A DNA stretch of 64,000 bases from a virus, in the IMG/VR virus record IMGVR_UViG_3300030430_004991, positions 1 to 64,000 of that record, one strand, 5' to 3'. Below the pieces are notes generated by a model. It worked only from the letters and a program-made list of their open reading frames with translations. It was not told the origin of the DNA and searched no databases. The translations under genes were made by a program, and so were the position numbers. Below are positions 9,618 to 18,859 of the stretch, in pieces (positions within the stretch are counted from its first letter, which is position 1; the number at the start of each line of letters is the position of its first letter).

Positions 9618-10756
9618 TATTCATCTACTCCCGACCCTGTATGCTCATACATTCTTGCTGCTGGAATGTTCGTTAGATCTGCATGAATGGAAAAATCACA
9701 ATCTCCATTCACAGCAGATAAATAAATTTCTTTTGTTTTCACATTCATTTTAATCTCTTCATTTTGGTCATCGAGTGTCCAATAGTGTTTTTTGTTTGCA
9801 ACATTTGGAAGAGAACCGGTTGATCGATAGTGAATCCGCAGTTCTCCACCGGAGCCAGCCTGGCCAGCGAATGGAGAGTCAGAAGAAATCTCTATGATTT
9901 CACCCGAACCAGAACCATCGAGTGTCCATGGGCCAAATACTGTTCCATGGTTTGTAAGTGTGTCTATTGCAGGGGAACGCAATCCGGCGCTTTCGGTTGG
10001 CTTCATCCACGCTAATTTGGAAATACCTGCTGGACTAAATCTCGGGTCATCGTATGATGCACTGGCTTGGTAGAGATCATTAACTTGTGAGTCGCTGAGT
10101 GCGTTATCCCAAATAATTGCATCTCTGAATTTGTATTCCCCTTCGACATTCTGTGAGCCACCCAATTGAAAAGGCGCAGCCATGTGATCACCTTCTGTGG
10201 TAAAAGGACCAGTGTCTGTGCCGACAGACACACCATTTATAAATAATTCCAATCGATTGTTAGCCAAAACACCAGCAATGTGTATCCAGCCATCAGTTGG
10301 AAAAATCACAGCAGATAATCTAGATTGAGCAGTTCCAGAATTGTCTTTTGTAACGATTTGTATTTTTTTATCTTTTTCGCGCAAAGAAAACTTAGCAGTA
10401 TCAGCAGGATTACTAGCGTGGCCAAAAACCATACCATTATCAGATGCAGTTGTTTGCCCAGAACCACTAATCCAGACAGATAAAGTAATAGAATCTCCAT
10501 CGGTTGGATTCCATGCACTTGAGGTATCATTGATAAGATAACTTAGGTCTCCGTTTGAAGCAGACAAATGAAGACTGTTTAAGTTTTCCCCAGCAGCAGA
10601 GTCTAATTTAACTGTTACATTGTTTGTAACTCTTGGAAAAGTAATTTGTTTCTCAGTATCTTCTTCTACTGCTGAAGATGTAACATACGGAGACCCCGCG
10701 ACTAAGTACGAGCCAACATTGTGAAGACCGGCTGTATATTTAAACTTATCACTCAT
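9617..10756 (-). CDS. Virion protein with inserted LamG/concanavalin-like domain; paralog of the next two genes
   Basis: LamG-like motifs TLSVWI, GWIHIAGV, LELFING and IWDNALSDSQVNDLY, flanked by termini matching the 10759 and 11130 proteins. Confidence 0.7.
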   Translation of the reverse strand: MSDKFKYTAGLHNVGSYLVAGSPYVTSSAVEEDTEKQITFPRVTNNVTVKLDSAAGENLNSLHLSASNGDLSYLINDTSSAWNPTDGDSITLSVWISGSGQTTASDNGMVFGHASNPADTAKFSLREKDKKIQIVTKDNSGTAQSRLSAVIFPTDGWIHIAGVLANNRLELFINGVSVGTDTGPFTTEGDHMAAPFQLGGSQNVEGEYKFRDAIIWDNALSDSQVNDLYQASASYDDPRFSPAGISKLAWMKPTESAGLRSPAIDTLTNHGTVFGPWTLDGSGSGEIIEISSDSPFAGQAGSGGELRIHYRSTGSLPNVANKKHYWTLDDQNEEIKMNVKTKEIYLSAVNGDCDFSIHADLTNIPAARMYEHTGSGVDE

Positions 10757-10758
10757 TA

Positions 10759-11130
10759 TTACTCCGTTACGCCTGAACCTGTCAAGCTATACATGTAACT
10801 TGAGGTAATTCCTGTTAGTGAAGCGTAAAGTGTATAAGTAGCAGTCACTCCTTGAGATGCACTTAGAATTATTTTATCGGACTTAACAGGAAATGTTTGT
10901 TGGTTCCCTGCTGTTATTAAGAATTTATTTGATGTAGCGCTCCCAGTATGAAAATAAACATAAAGAGAACCAGCGCCATGTCTATTTAGCACTGTCACTT
11001 CTTTTGTTACATGCGGAAAAGTAATAATCTCAGACTCACTGGTTAAAGAACCTGTTGCTCCGAAAGGTCTACCGGAGGCAATGTATGCTCCGGCGTGATA
11101 CAACCCTGGATTGTAAATATTATTAGCCAT
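10759..11130 (-). CDS. Small virion protein, paralog family (GL..G.Y..G.P / FP.VTK)
   Basis: 123 aa. Shares the N- and C-terminal (M.SLTGSGV.E) motifs with both neighbours. Confidence 0.6.
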   Translation of the reverse strand: MANNIYNPGLYHAGAYIASGRPFGATGSLTSESEIITFPHVTKEVTVLNRHGAGSLYVYFHTGSATSNKFLITAGNQQTFPVKSDKIILSASQGVTATYTLYASLTGITSSYMYSLTGSGVTE

Positions 11131-11486
11131 TATACTCCCTCCAAGCCAGTCAATGAAAACATTCTAGCAGCCGGAATGTTTGTTAGTTCCGCAAACAACT
11201 GAAACCCTGTTTGTGTTGAGGCAGAAACATAAAGTTCTTTACATTTGACATCCATGCTTAATTTTTTATCTGCCGGAAGTATCAATTTTACACTTGGCGA
11301 GGAAAGAAAATAAAAATGTAGATCGTTTGAAGACCCTGTGTTGTGTATTATAATGTTTTTTGTTACGTTTGGAAAACTTACTGTTTTAACTTCTTCTGTT
11401 ACTGTTGATGCTGTAAGATAAGGTTTTCCTGCAACTTGATAGGATCCGACATTATTTAAACCTACTGTATATTGAAAACTTGACAT
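11130..11486 (-). CDS. Small virion protein, paralog family
   Basis: 118 aa. Motifs YTVGLNNVGSYQVAGKPY, FPNVTK and LTNIPAARM. GGAG SD. Confidence 0.6.
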   Translation of the reverse strand: MSSFQYTVGLNNVGSYQVAGKPYLTASTVTEEVKTVSFPNVTKNIIIHNTGSSNDLHFYFLSSPSVKLILPADKKLSMDVKCKELYVSASTQTGFQLFAELTNIPAARMFSLTGLEGV

Positions 11487-11506
11487 ATTTTCTCCAAAAA
11501 ACTAAA

Positions 11507-11722
11507 TTAACTAGTTGAATTCTTCTCTTTTTGTTCTTTTTTCTTTCGTCGAGCGATTGCACGTTGCTTTGCTCTACGCCGAACATCAGAAGGCTTCTTG
11601 TGGTGCCTTCTATCTTTGACCTCTTCTAGGAGTCCAAGTTTCTTTATTTTTCTTGTAAAACGCCTGATTAGTCTTTCTCCACTCTCATTTCTGCGGGGCT
11701 TGACCTTGTGATTTGTAGCCAT
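11507..11722 (-). CDS. rpsU: Phage-encoded 30S ribosomal protein bS21
   Basis: 71-aa basic protein MATNHKVKPRRNESGERLIRRFTRKIKKLGLLEEVKDRRHHKKPSDVRRR..., matching the bS21 pattern (NES.E..LRRF.R....G...E...R....KPS..RR). Start couples to the upstream stop (TGATG). Confidence 0.88.
   Translation of the reverse strand: MATNHKVKPRRNESGERLIRRFTRKIKKLGLLEEVKDRRHHKKPSDVRRRAKQRAIARRKKKEQKEKNSTS
11508..11514 (-). promoter_or_regulatory. Putative late promoter motif CTAGTTA
   Basis: Overlaps the bS21 stop; 22 nt upstream of ATG 11486. Confidence 0.45.
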
Positions 11723-12138
11723 CAATTCTTTCCTGATAATTTTTGCCAAATCTTTGCTGAGTGTCCGGAAAAAATAGAAGAAATATCAACACCGGGATCA
11801 CTCGGAGCGACACCGGACAGAGGGTCTTGCCCTTGGCCTGATGTTGGTGCTGGCGCGGGCGATGTCCCCTCAAAAAGATTAACACCATTATAAGCGTCTT
11901 TTCCAATAGAATCTAATAGTTTTTTCTTTCTTTGTTTTACTTCTTTCAATTTTTTCTCTTGTATAGCAAAGTCTTGCTTGGGTTGTTGTGTTTGCGTCTC
12001 AAAAATTTGCTGAGACCCTGAGGTCCCTTTCATAACTTCACTAATGATAGTAGAGAGAGCACCTTCTTCAAAGATTACTTCTTTAACGCACTCTTTAATT
12101 AGCGGCTTTAAAATTTTCTTTAGTTCGTTTTTTTTCAT
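11722..12138 (-). CDS. Hypothetical protein of the head module (basic/Glu leader)
   Basis: MKKNELKKILKPLIKECVKEVIFEE leader; NLFEGT and DPGVDIS motifs. Translationally coupled with its neighbours. Confidence 0.6.
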   Translation of the reverse strand: MKKNELKKILKPLIKECVKEVIFEEGALSTIISEVMKGTSGSQQIFETQTQQPKQDFAIQEKKLKEVKQRKKKLLDSIGKDAYNGVNLFEGTSPAPAPTSGQGQDPLSGVAPSDPGVDISSIFSGHSAKIWQKLSGKN

Positions 12139-12704
12139 TTAATCCTCAAATAAATATTATTTTTTTCTGGCGGGTAAGTGTAGATTTTTTGGTCTCCGTC
12201 TAGAATAGCTAGTTCTTTAAACTGTGGTTTTTCTTTTTGATCAACTTCCACGGTTTTATATTCTTGTCCAGTTTTTACATCCACAGCTACTACTCTACCC
12301 TTGTATCTTCTTGCTAAACTTGCCCATAATCCACGAGCAGCCCCTGTCTGACTATCGCCAGAATATAGTGGACCATGATTTGATATCAGGTAATCATAGA
12401 ATTTTTTACTAAAACCTTGCCTTTCTTTTTCTTGTTTTATTGAAAGCGTTGACACTTTATGACCATCTTCAAATTTAACTAAAGATACATACCCAATAGC
12501 ATCTCCCTCAGAATAAAAAATAATTTTTGTATGATCTCCACTGGGAGCAACTTTTACCATCATATCTTGAAATGGTTTTTTTTCATCCGTCACTTTATCT
12601 GCTTCACCAGCAGCCCAATTAACATCTACCCTGCCGCTGCCGACATCTCCTCTCGCTTCAATTTCATTGACAAATCTATTCCAGTTTTCAAATATCTTAT
12701 CCAT
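12135..12704 (-). CDS. Putative GNAT-fold acetyltransferase with ENW-type leader
   Basis: IGYVSL..KVSTLSIKQEKERQGFSKKFYDYL resembles the acetyl-CoA-binding motif A, followed by LYSGDSQT..A..LW. N-terminus MDKIFENWNRFVNE. Confidence 0.5.
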   Translation of the reverse strand: MDKIFENWNRFVNEIEARGDVGSGRVDVNWAAGEADKVTDEKKPFQDMMVKVAPSGDHTKIIFYSEGDAIGYVSLVKFEDGHKVSTLSIKQEKERQGFSKKFYDYLISNHGPLYSGDSQTGAARGLWASLARRYKGRVVAVDVKTGQEYKTVEVDQKEKPQFKELAILDGDQKIYTYPPEKNNIYLRIK

Positions 12705-13318
12705 CAGTCTTCCAAGATTTTTTTAAATAAATCATCAACGATGTTTTGCTTGGCTTCGTTAATTTTATTCTCGTACATCTTACCTTGTTGCTTAGGATAA
12801 ACATAAGCGTTTGGCGTAGAGGGCTCTGAGACAATGTCAAAGCAAATAAGTTCAAAGTCTTCTTGTACAACAATTCCTCCGCCCATTGATTCTTTAACGG
12901 AGCCAAGTCCACGAGAAGAGATGCCTAATTTGACACCAGCGTTAATCAGGTCCTTAAGAATACGACCAGAAGGAGTGTCAAGAACTTTAATTTTGCCCAT
13001 GACATCTTTGCCTTCCCACCAACAATCTGTGACAATGTGAGACACATTTTTTAAATTAATAACAGAATCATCAGGATGGTCAAGTTCTCCGCATGCACGA
13101 TTATCAGCAACTAATTTTTTGTAGTTGTCCATCTCTCTTTTCAAAACTTCATACGGATAAGATCTTCCATTACCATTCTTTTTATCAGCGGTTTGAATAC
13201 GGCCTGATAGATAAATAACACCATTATCCATCTCTCTTTTTTCTCGTTCGTTAAGAAGGTCTCGACAGATACCGTCTTTACACAGTTCATTAAACTCAGT
13301 TAGCAGAATTTTTTTCAT
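12704..13318 (-). CDS. Prohead core protease (T4 gp21-like)
   Basis: Motifs NGNGRSYP, GELDHP, LDTPSG, GISSRGLGS and DIVSEPSTPNA. Confidence 0.93.
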   Translation of the reverse strand: MKKILLTEFNELCKDGICRDLLNEREKREMDNGVIYLSGRIQTADKKNGNGRSYPYEVLKREMDNYKKLVADNRACGELDHPDDSVINLKNVSHIVTDCWWEGKDVMGKIKVLDTPSGRILKDLINAGVKLGISSRGLGSVKESMGGGIVVQEDFELICFDIVSEPSTPNAYVYPKQQGKMYENKINEAKQNIVDDLFKKILED

Positions 13319-13502
13319 TGTGTTTCCTTACCTCTTCTAAAAGTTTATCTATCATAGAATTTAATTTTACATCCGATGTTTTTTCGGCAGCATTTTCTAG
13401 TGCTCTTTCTAAATCAAATAGCGGATCTGATGCTGGTATGTCTTGCATTTCATCATATTCTTCTTTGATTAATTGTTTGAGTCTTTTCGCAGTTAATCTC
13501 AT
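13296..13502 (-). CDS. Small hypothetical protein with MRLT..LKQLIKEE leader
   Basis: 68 aa with GGAG SD. Leader is nearly the same as that of the 20907-21257 protein. Confidence 0.6.
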   Translation of the reverse strand: MRLTAKRLKQLIKEEYDEMQDIPASDPLFDLERALENAAEKTSDVKLNSMIDKLLEEVRKHNEKNSAN

Positions 13503-13539
13503 TTTTTTTCTCCAATTGTGCGGTCTCTCTCCGCTCGCG

Positions 13540-13593
13540 TCAGGAACCTGAACAGCAACGACGAACAGGTTGTAACATCCATTTTTTAGTCAT
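13540..13593 (-). CDS. Unannotated 17-aa peptide MTKKWMLQPVRRCCSGS
   Basis: ATG at 13593 with a GGAG SD ~7 nt upstream, overlapping the stop of the preceding gene. Fills an otherwise empty gap in a fully packed operon. TGA stop is followed by a GCGG-N7-CCGC hairpin. Confidence 0.55.
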   Translation of the reverse strand: MTKKWMLQPVRRCCSGS

Positions 13594-13897
13594 TTTTATC
13601 TCCAGTTCTAAATCCAAAATCATCAACAATCATTGATAGAATGTAACTTGTACCCGCTGAGATACAGCCGCAAACAAATGCATTGATAAATGAATATTCA
13701 AATGTAAATAGTTCCGTAAAACCATTTATCGCCCACATAAACACGCCGGTCCAAAACCCCATACAAAGTGGGCAATGAAATAACGTGTTCCATTTTTTTG
13801 TGTAATCTTTCTTTGGTCTCAAATCCTCAAAAATTTTTCCATAAACGAGAATAAAAGTCATACCGTAACATGCTAAAATAAAATATAATAAATTCAC
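13586..13897 (-). CDS. Small membrane protein with HCPxC motif (DUF1360-like)
   Basis: Three hydrophobic segments and LFHCPLCMGFW. Start placed at GTG 13897, after a GAGGTG SD. Confidence 0.6.
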   Translation of the reverse strand: MNLLYFILACYGMTFILVYGKIFEDLRPKKDYTKKWNTLFHCPLCMGFWTGVFMWAINGFTELFTFEYSFINAFVCGCISAGTSYILSMIVDDFGFRTGDKND

Positions 13898-13905
13898 TAT
13901 CACCT

Positions 13906-14514
13906 CTAGTAAGTGTAACGACCATAAAGGTAAGGCGCAAACATGTTGTTGGTAACAATAGAACCTTTATCGGCCGCCTGCGGGACTTCGCCAAGTTCAG
14001 TAGAGTGCTCTCTGTCCGGTTGTAGTAATGTGTCATCCATCATTTGATCATATGCTTCCATACCTTTCATCATTGGAGTTTCTTCTTTGAACCACTGTGC
14101 GATGTTAACCAAAGCACTTTTTACAGGGTTAAATTTTTTTGACTCTAAAATTTGCGCTTCCATGGAGCCGTAAATGTTACCACCTTGAATTGAGTCATAC
14201 GCTACAATTCCCTTTTTTTTAAGAAATTCAAACATTCTAGACTCTGCGCCGTACACATTATCTGTTAACATTTCTTTAGCAAATGCTACAATTTTTTTCT
14301 TTTCTTGCATTAATACTATGTCAATGTCTTTATGATCAAAAATCATAATGTTTCCATCTAATGATTCCCTAGCATTCAATTCAAAAACATGAGTTTTTAC
14401 GTTGGACTGCATTACTTTTATTGAAACTGTTGGTTTTACATCAACTGATACATCTTTGTCGTCTGATGTTATCACTTCTGTTTCACCTGCCTTTACTAAA
14501 TTAATTCGAACCAT
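13906..14514 (-). CDS. Hypothetical protein of the head module
   Basis: 202-aa ORF abutting its neighbours. Motifs DHKDIDIV, SIQGGNIYGSME and STELGEVP. Confidence 0.65.
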   Translation of the reverse strand: MVRINLVKAGETEVITSDDKDVSVDVKPTVSIKVMQSNVKTHVFELNARESLDGNIMIFDHKDIDIVLMQEKKKIVAFAKEMLTDNVYGAESRMFEFLKKKGIVAYDSIQGGNIYGSMEAQILESKKFNPVKSALVNIAQWFKEETPMMKGMEAYDQMMDDTLLQPDREHSTELGEVPQAADKGSIVTNNMFAPYLYGRYTY

Positions 14515-15321
14515 CTAAACTTCCTCCAATAAATCTTGTATGTAGAAAAGTTTTTTAACCATTTTTTCAGTCAATGGTTGTTCCTTGAAACTTTTCAATA
14601 CCCCCAATACTTCTGTGAGTTTTTTATGATTATTATCTGTTTGATTTTTGCTAATTAGCTTTTCTTGTATTGTTTCTTTTAGGTGGCTTAGTTCTTCATT
14701 GACAAAAACTTTTAGCCCCATGCCATTATCAGAAAAAGATGTAATGTATTTTGTTAGAAGAAGTTTTTGATTTTCTTTGAGGCAGTTTTTGTATGTGTCG
14801 TTAAACTTACTTACAAAAGTTTTATATGTCAAATTGTCAATGTGCTTCATTTGTTTTTTGCTGGTTTCTGATGGAATTAGCAGTGCTTTAACTTTTGTTT
14901 CTACTATCAATCGATTTTTAGCAGTAGATTTGTTGTCTTGAAACCATGAGCCAACTGTTGCAATATCTTTGTAATTTGAAACAAAATTATTAAAAACATC
15001 ACTGCCCAATTGTTGATTAATTTGAGAAATTAATTTGGTCTGGGCGTTAAAAATAGACTTACGATCCAAAGAGTTATAATCTTTTTTTGTTTCAAACAAA
15101 AAACGATCAGTAAAATCTTTTGTCATTTTATCCTTATTTTCTAAAATTGATTTGTACAAACTAAGGTCTTTATACAGTGGAGACCCCTTGCAGAAGTTTT
15201 CTTTAATAATCTTTGTAATTTTTTGTTTTCTATCGCCAAGTTGTCTTACAACGGCTTTTGTTAATTCTTTTACTAAAGATTCGTAAAGAAAAGCGGTATT
15301 TCTTTTCTTATTGTGTTTCAT
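14515..15321 (-). CDS. Portal-adjacent hypothetical protein (MKHNKKRNT type)
   Basis: 268-aa helical protein immediately downstream of the portal. Confidence 0.65.
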   Translation of the reverse strand: MKHNKKRNTAFLYESLVKELTKAVVRQLGDRKQKITKIIKENFCKGSPLYKDLSLYKSILENKDKMTKDFTDRFLFETKKDYNSLDRKSIFNAQTKLISQINQQLGSDVFNNFVSNYKDIATVGSWFQDNKSTAKNRLIVETKVKALLIPSETSKKQMKHIDNLTYKTFVSKFNDTYKNCLKENQKLLLTKYITSFSDNGMGLKVFVNEELSHLKETIQEKLISKNQTDNNHKKLTEVLGVLKSFKEQPLTEKMVKKLFYIQDLLEEV

Positions 15322-17272
15322 CTTCTTTCACCTTTTTTAATAAACTTTCAATTAAGGTATCAACCTGCTTTGATGTATTAAATAGTTTCTGTTCTTCGTT
15401 ATCGTTTATACTTTCTGTTACACCACGAGCGAGAGAGTCTAGTCCACCAAACCCTGATTTTCCATGGAATGTAGTTCTGTACGTGTTTCCATATTCACCT
15501 GTGGCTTGATTTTTTATGTTTTTGCTTCTTCCGCCTTTAGAATAAGAGGTCTGGTGTCTTTTGTATTTTCCTCTTTTATATTTTGGCTCATCGTCTTTTT
15601 TAGCCGGTGGCTCAGCCAGAATGACATCATCTTTTTCATCACCCCCTTCGGCACCAGGGCTCTTGTCCCCAGCAGCCTTGTCTCCGGCATCACCACCTAA
15701 ATCTAATCCTCCACCAGCATCACCACCAGCGCCTAAGTCTCCAAGGCCTCCAGCGTCACCACCTGTGCCTAGGTCTCCAAGACCACCACCGCCACCTCCA
15801 GCATCGGCTCCACCTTGAGCAGCGGCCTCTAGGTTAGCAGAGAATTTTTTATCGTAGAACATTTCTCGCTGCATGCGTATGAACTCTTCTTCGGATAATC
15901 CAAATAAATGTTCTGCTACCCAGCGTTTTGAGAAATAACCATCTGTTGCATTTCCAGCAACAGAGAATTTTTTATCCCAATGTTCGAGTTCTTGTAATTC
16001 TGCAATTTTTGAAGGATTGTTCAGCCCTAAGTCAAAAGACAATAAATCTTCATTTCGAAAGCCCATTGTAAAAAGATGGATGATACCAATCTTTTCAAGT
16101 TCGGCAATAACAACCCTTTGTAGTCTTTGAATTGTTCTAGCAAATCTAATGTCTTTTTGTGCCAACGTTGTTTTATCTTCTGTGGCACCATCACCCATTG
16201 TAAGGTAGGATTGTGGTATCTTAAGAGCAGAAAATAATTTGTCCCTCAAATATTTAACATCTTCAATTGTTGCAGTCATAGCACCACCGGGTAGGTTTAC
16301 AATATCAGTGTTTGACGTACCACGAATAGGAATGTAATAATCTTCTTCAATTGACAGAGGATTGTAACGAAGATCAAGTCGTCCTGTTTTAGGATCGGTA
16401 ACTTGATGTCGCTTCATTTGTGTCATTACTTTTTGCATGTATTGCTCCACATCTTGTGGTGGAATGTTTCCAACATCAATTTTGAATACACGCCTCTCAG
16501 GTGCTCGAACAATACGATAGGCCATCATAGCATCTTCTAGAAGTGTAAGTTGTCTCCAGATTCTGCGTGCCGGTTCTAGAACAGAAGTTCCGTATGGGGC
16601 ATGCTTATCGTTGCCAAGAATGCGAAAATGAGCCATTTGCCAATTTTCCAATGTCATACCAGCAGAGTTCCACTGATATTGCACATAATTTGGATTTGAA
16701 TCATCTTCGCCTTCCAATCTTTCAATCTCTTGCGGAGGAAGACCAATACATGCTCTAATACCAGTGGCCTCTTCGATATCTAAGTAAAGAAATAAATCTC
16801 CGTATTTACACATAGTTCGGCACCACCCAAAAAGATTGTGATTAATGTTGAGAACATTATGGTACAAATCATTTAGAATAGTTTTTATTTCGTCGTTCGG
16901 ACACTTAATTCTTAACATCGGCTGTAGTGCGGAGTGCGTTGTCATTTCGTCTGCGTAAATATCTAACGATGACGCGCATTCCGGTGTATATTCCATTTGA
17001 TCAAAATCAATATAGCGCTCTGCTCTATTTCTATTAGAGATCATGTTAATAGCCATGATGTTCATGGGGTTGTATTCTTGTTTTTTAAATTGTTTACCAC
17101 TAGCAGATGTAAATCTAGAGGAATACATGTCTAGTTGTCGTCTTCTAAGTTGACGACCTTGTTGTGTCCTTCTTTGTGTTATAGGTCCTGAAAATAATCT
17201 TGTTAAAGATCTAAAAAGACTATTCTCTGGATTATAGGGATTCTTTCCCAAATTTCTTTTTTTCTTAGCCAT
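15308..17272 (-). CDS. Portal protein (T4 gp20-like)
   Basis: Motifs LDIYADE, QLTLLEDAMMAYRIVRAPERRVFKIDVGN, EDYYIP.RG, IEDVKY and DIRFARTIQRLQ. Confidence 0.95.
   Translation of the reverse strand: MAKKKRNLGKNPYNPENSLFRSLTRLFSGPITQRRTQQGRQLRRRQLDMYSSRFTSASGKQFKKQEYNPMNIMAINMISNRNRAERYIDFDQMEYTPECASSLDIYADEMTTHSALQPMLRIKCPNDEIKTILNDLYHNVLNINHNLFGWCRTMCKYGDLFLYLDIEEATGIRACIGLPPQEIERLEGEDDSNPNYVQYQWNSAGMTLENWQMAHFRILGNDKHAPYGTSVLEPARRIWRQLTLLEDAMMAYRIVRAPERRVFKIDVGNIPPQDVEQYMQKVMTQMKRHQVTDPKTGRLDLRYNPLSIEEDYYIPIRGTSNTDIVNLPGGAMTATIEDVKYLRDKLFSALKIPQSYLTMGDGATEDKTTLAQKDIRFARTIQRLQRVVIAELEKIGIIHLFTMGFRNEDLLSFDLGLNNPSKIAELQELEHWDKKFSVAGNATDGYFSKRWVAEHLFGLSEEEFIRMQREMFYDKKFSANLEAAAQGGADAGGGGGGLGDLGTGGDAGGLGDLGAGGDAGGGLDLGGDAGDKAAGDKSPGAEGGDEKDDVILAEPPAKKDDEPKYKRGKYKRHQTSYSKGGRSKNIKNQATGEYGNTYRTTFHGKSGFGGLDSLARGVTESINDNEEQKLFNTSKQVDTLIESLLKKVKEDETQ
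15690..15815 (-). repeat. Gly/Asp-rich low-complexity repeat in the portal C-terminal tail
   Basis: GGLGDLGTGGDA-GGLGDLGAGGDA-GGGLDLGGDAG. Confidence 0.8.
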
Positions 17273-17275
17273 TTA

Positions 17276-18859
17276 TTATCCTTTGAAAATCCAAGCAAAG
17301 TTTCTAGCAATTTTTAACTCTTCTTTATATTTAGTTTCGAAATCAGCATTATACCCATCTTGACCTTTTATGGTAGTGTTCAAAACATTTTTTTTCATGT
17401 ACATACCATCAATCATTGCTTTTCTGTATTGTAAGTCTTTTTCTGACACTTCAAGTGCTGTATCTCTTACCCAGCACATAATAGATAAACACATGACGAT
17501 GTCATCATGATAAGATCTCATTGCTTGTGGTTTTCCGTTGTTCCAAATAAAAGTCCTAAACTCATCAAATGCTCTTGCTGAAGGTATTTTTATTATTCTG
17601 TTGCGAATAAATTCTTCTAGTTTTGCTACAATTAAAGGCCTAGTTTTTGTTGATGTTGTAAACCCACCAATAGCATTATTCATAAACTCGCCTTGTGCTG
17701 GATCTACAAATTCATGCGTTCCCTTCGCAGAATAATAAAGGTTGTCATATCCTAAATCTTTTAGCTTTTCAAATACAGAAATACCAATTCCATTATTTTC
17801 AACAACAAGAAGACATTTTCCATATTCCATTCCAGCAGAATGTAACATTTGAGCATACATATCTAAGGAAGGCTTACCTTGATACTCTGCTACGATTTCC
17901 ATTCTATTCACATTGAGTACATGAAAAACAGAGTTGTCAGCGCCATCGCCTCTAGCAACATCGGCAACAAGTAAATAAGAAGTTCCCTCCTGGTACTTTT
18001 CCCATATCCAAAAATTTCTATCATATCCTGTCCTATACGTTGGTTCTTTGATTTGTTCTTGAAGCCAAGCAATATCATCTGGATGAATAACAGTATCACC
18101 TGAGGTGTTAAAATTGCACTCAAGTTCTTGCGCTATTTGTCTTCGAGACATGTTCTTAGTTTCTTTTTCAAACCACTGTTGATCTCTTTCGGGATGAACA
18201 TCCCACGGTAAATTAACCGGTTTAAAGTCTGATTCTCCATTTGCAGCCGCTATGTATGTTTTGTGAAACCAGTTTCCCACACCATTTGGAGTAGATAGTG
18301 CAATACAGCGACCACCAGTGGATAGTGTAGGATAGAGACCTGTCCATAGATCATCAAGTCCGTCAATGTGAGCGGCCTCATCTATAATCAACAAAGACAG
18401 TGCTTCCGAACGACCAGCATCTCCAGATGTTGATGCTGCTTTGATTTGTGATCCATTGGAGAGTTCAAAAGAGGTTCTATTATCAACTTTAATTTTTGCA
18501 ACTCTCATCCATTCTGGCAGATACTGCATTATGTTTTTTACTTTCTTTACAAGGTTTGCTGCGGTTTGAAATTTTGTGGCGATCACAAGTATGTTTTTAT
18601 CTCTGTGAAACAACATAAACCAAACAGCATAAGCGGCTGAGATCGTAGAAATACCTAGCTGCCTTGCTTTAAGAATCACAGTAAAACGAAAATCATTAAA
18701 ATCATTTATCAAATCATCTTGATAAGGATAGGTTTTAAACGGTATCAACCCATGCATGGGGTGGGAAATCCGACAATAATTATTTATAAAGTATTGTGGG
18801 TTTTTACCAGATTTAACAATTTCTTTTACAATTTCTTTCTTAGAAAGAGAGAAAGCCAT
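17276..18859 (-). CDS. Terminase large subunit (T4 gp17-like)
   Basis: Walker A KARQLGIST, Walker B LLIIDEAA, STPNG, and nuclease motifs ADVARG, ENN and HDDIVM. Confidence 0.95.
   Translation of the reverse strand: MAFSLSKKEIVKEIVKSGKNPQYFINNYCRISHPMHGLIPFKTYPYQDDLINDFNDFRFTVILKARQLGISTISAAYAVWFMLFHRDKNILVIATKFQTAANLVKKVKNIMQYLPEWMRVAKIKVDNRTSFELSNGSQIKAASTSGDAGRSEALSLLIIDEAAHIDGLDDLWTGLYPTLSTGGRCIALSTPNGVGNWFHKTYIAAANGESDFKPVNLPWDVHPERDQQWFEKETKNMSRRQIAQELECNFNTSGDTVIHPDDIAWLQEQIKEPTYRTGYDRNFWIWEKYQEGTSYLLVADVARGDGADNSVFHVLNVNRMEIVAEYQGKPSLDMYAQMLHSAGMEYGKCLLVVENNGIGISVFEKLKDLGYDNLYYSAKGTHEFVDPAQGEFMNNAIGGFTTSTKTRPLIVAKLEEFIRNRIIKIPSARAFDEFRTFIWNNGKPQAMRSYHDDIVMCLSIMCWVRDTALEVSEKDLQYRKAMIDGMYMKKNVLNTTIKGQDGYNADFETKYKEELKIARNFAWIFKG

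Noticed and set aside
15308-18859. Introns or inteins in terminase or portal
   Set aside because: Both ORFs are continuous, of ordinary length, and show no intein or homing-endonuclease motifs.
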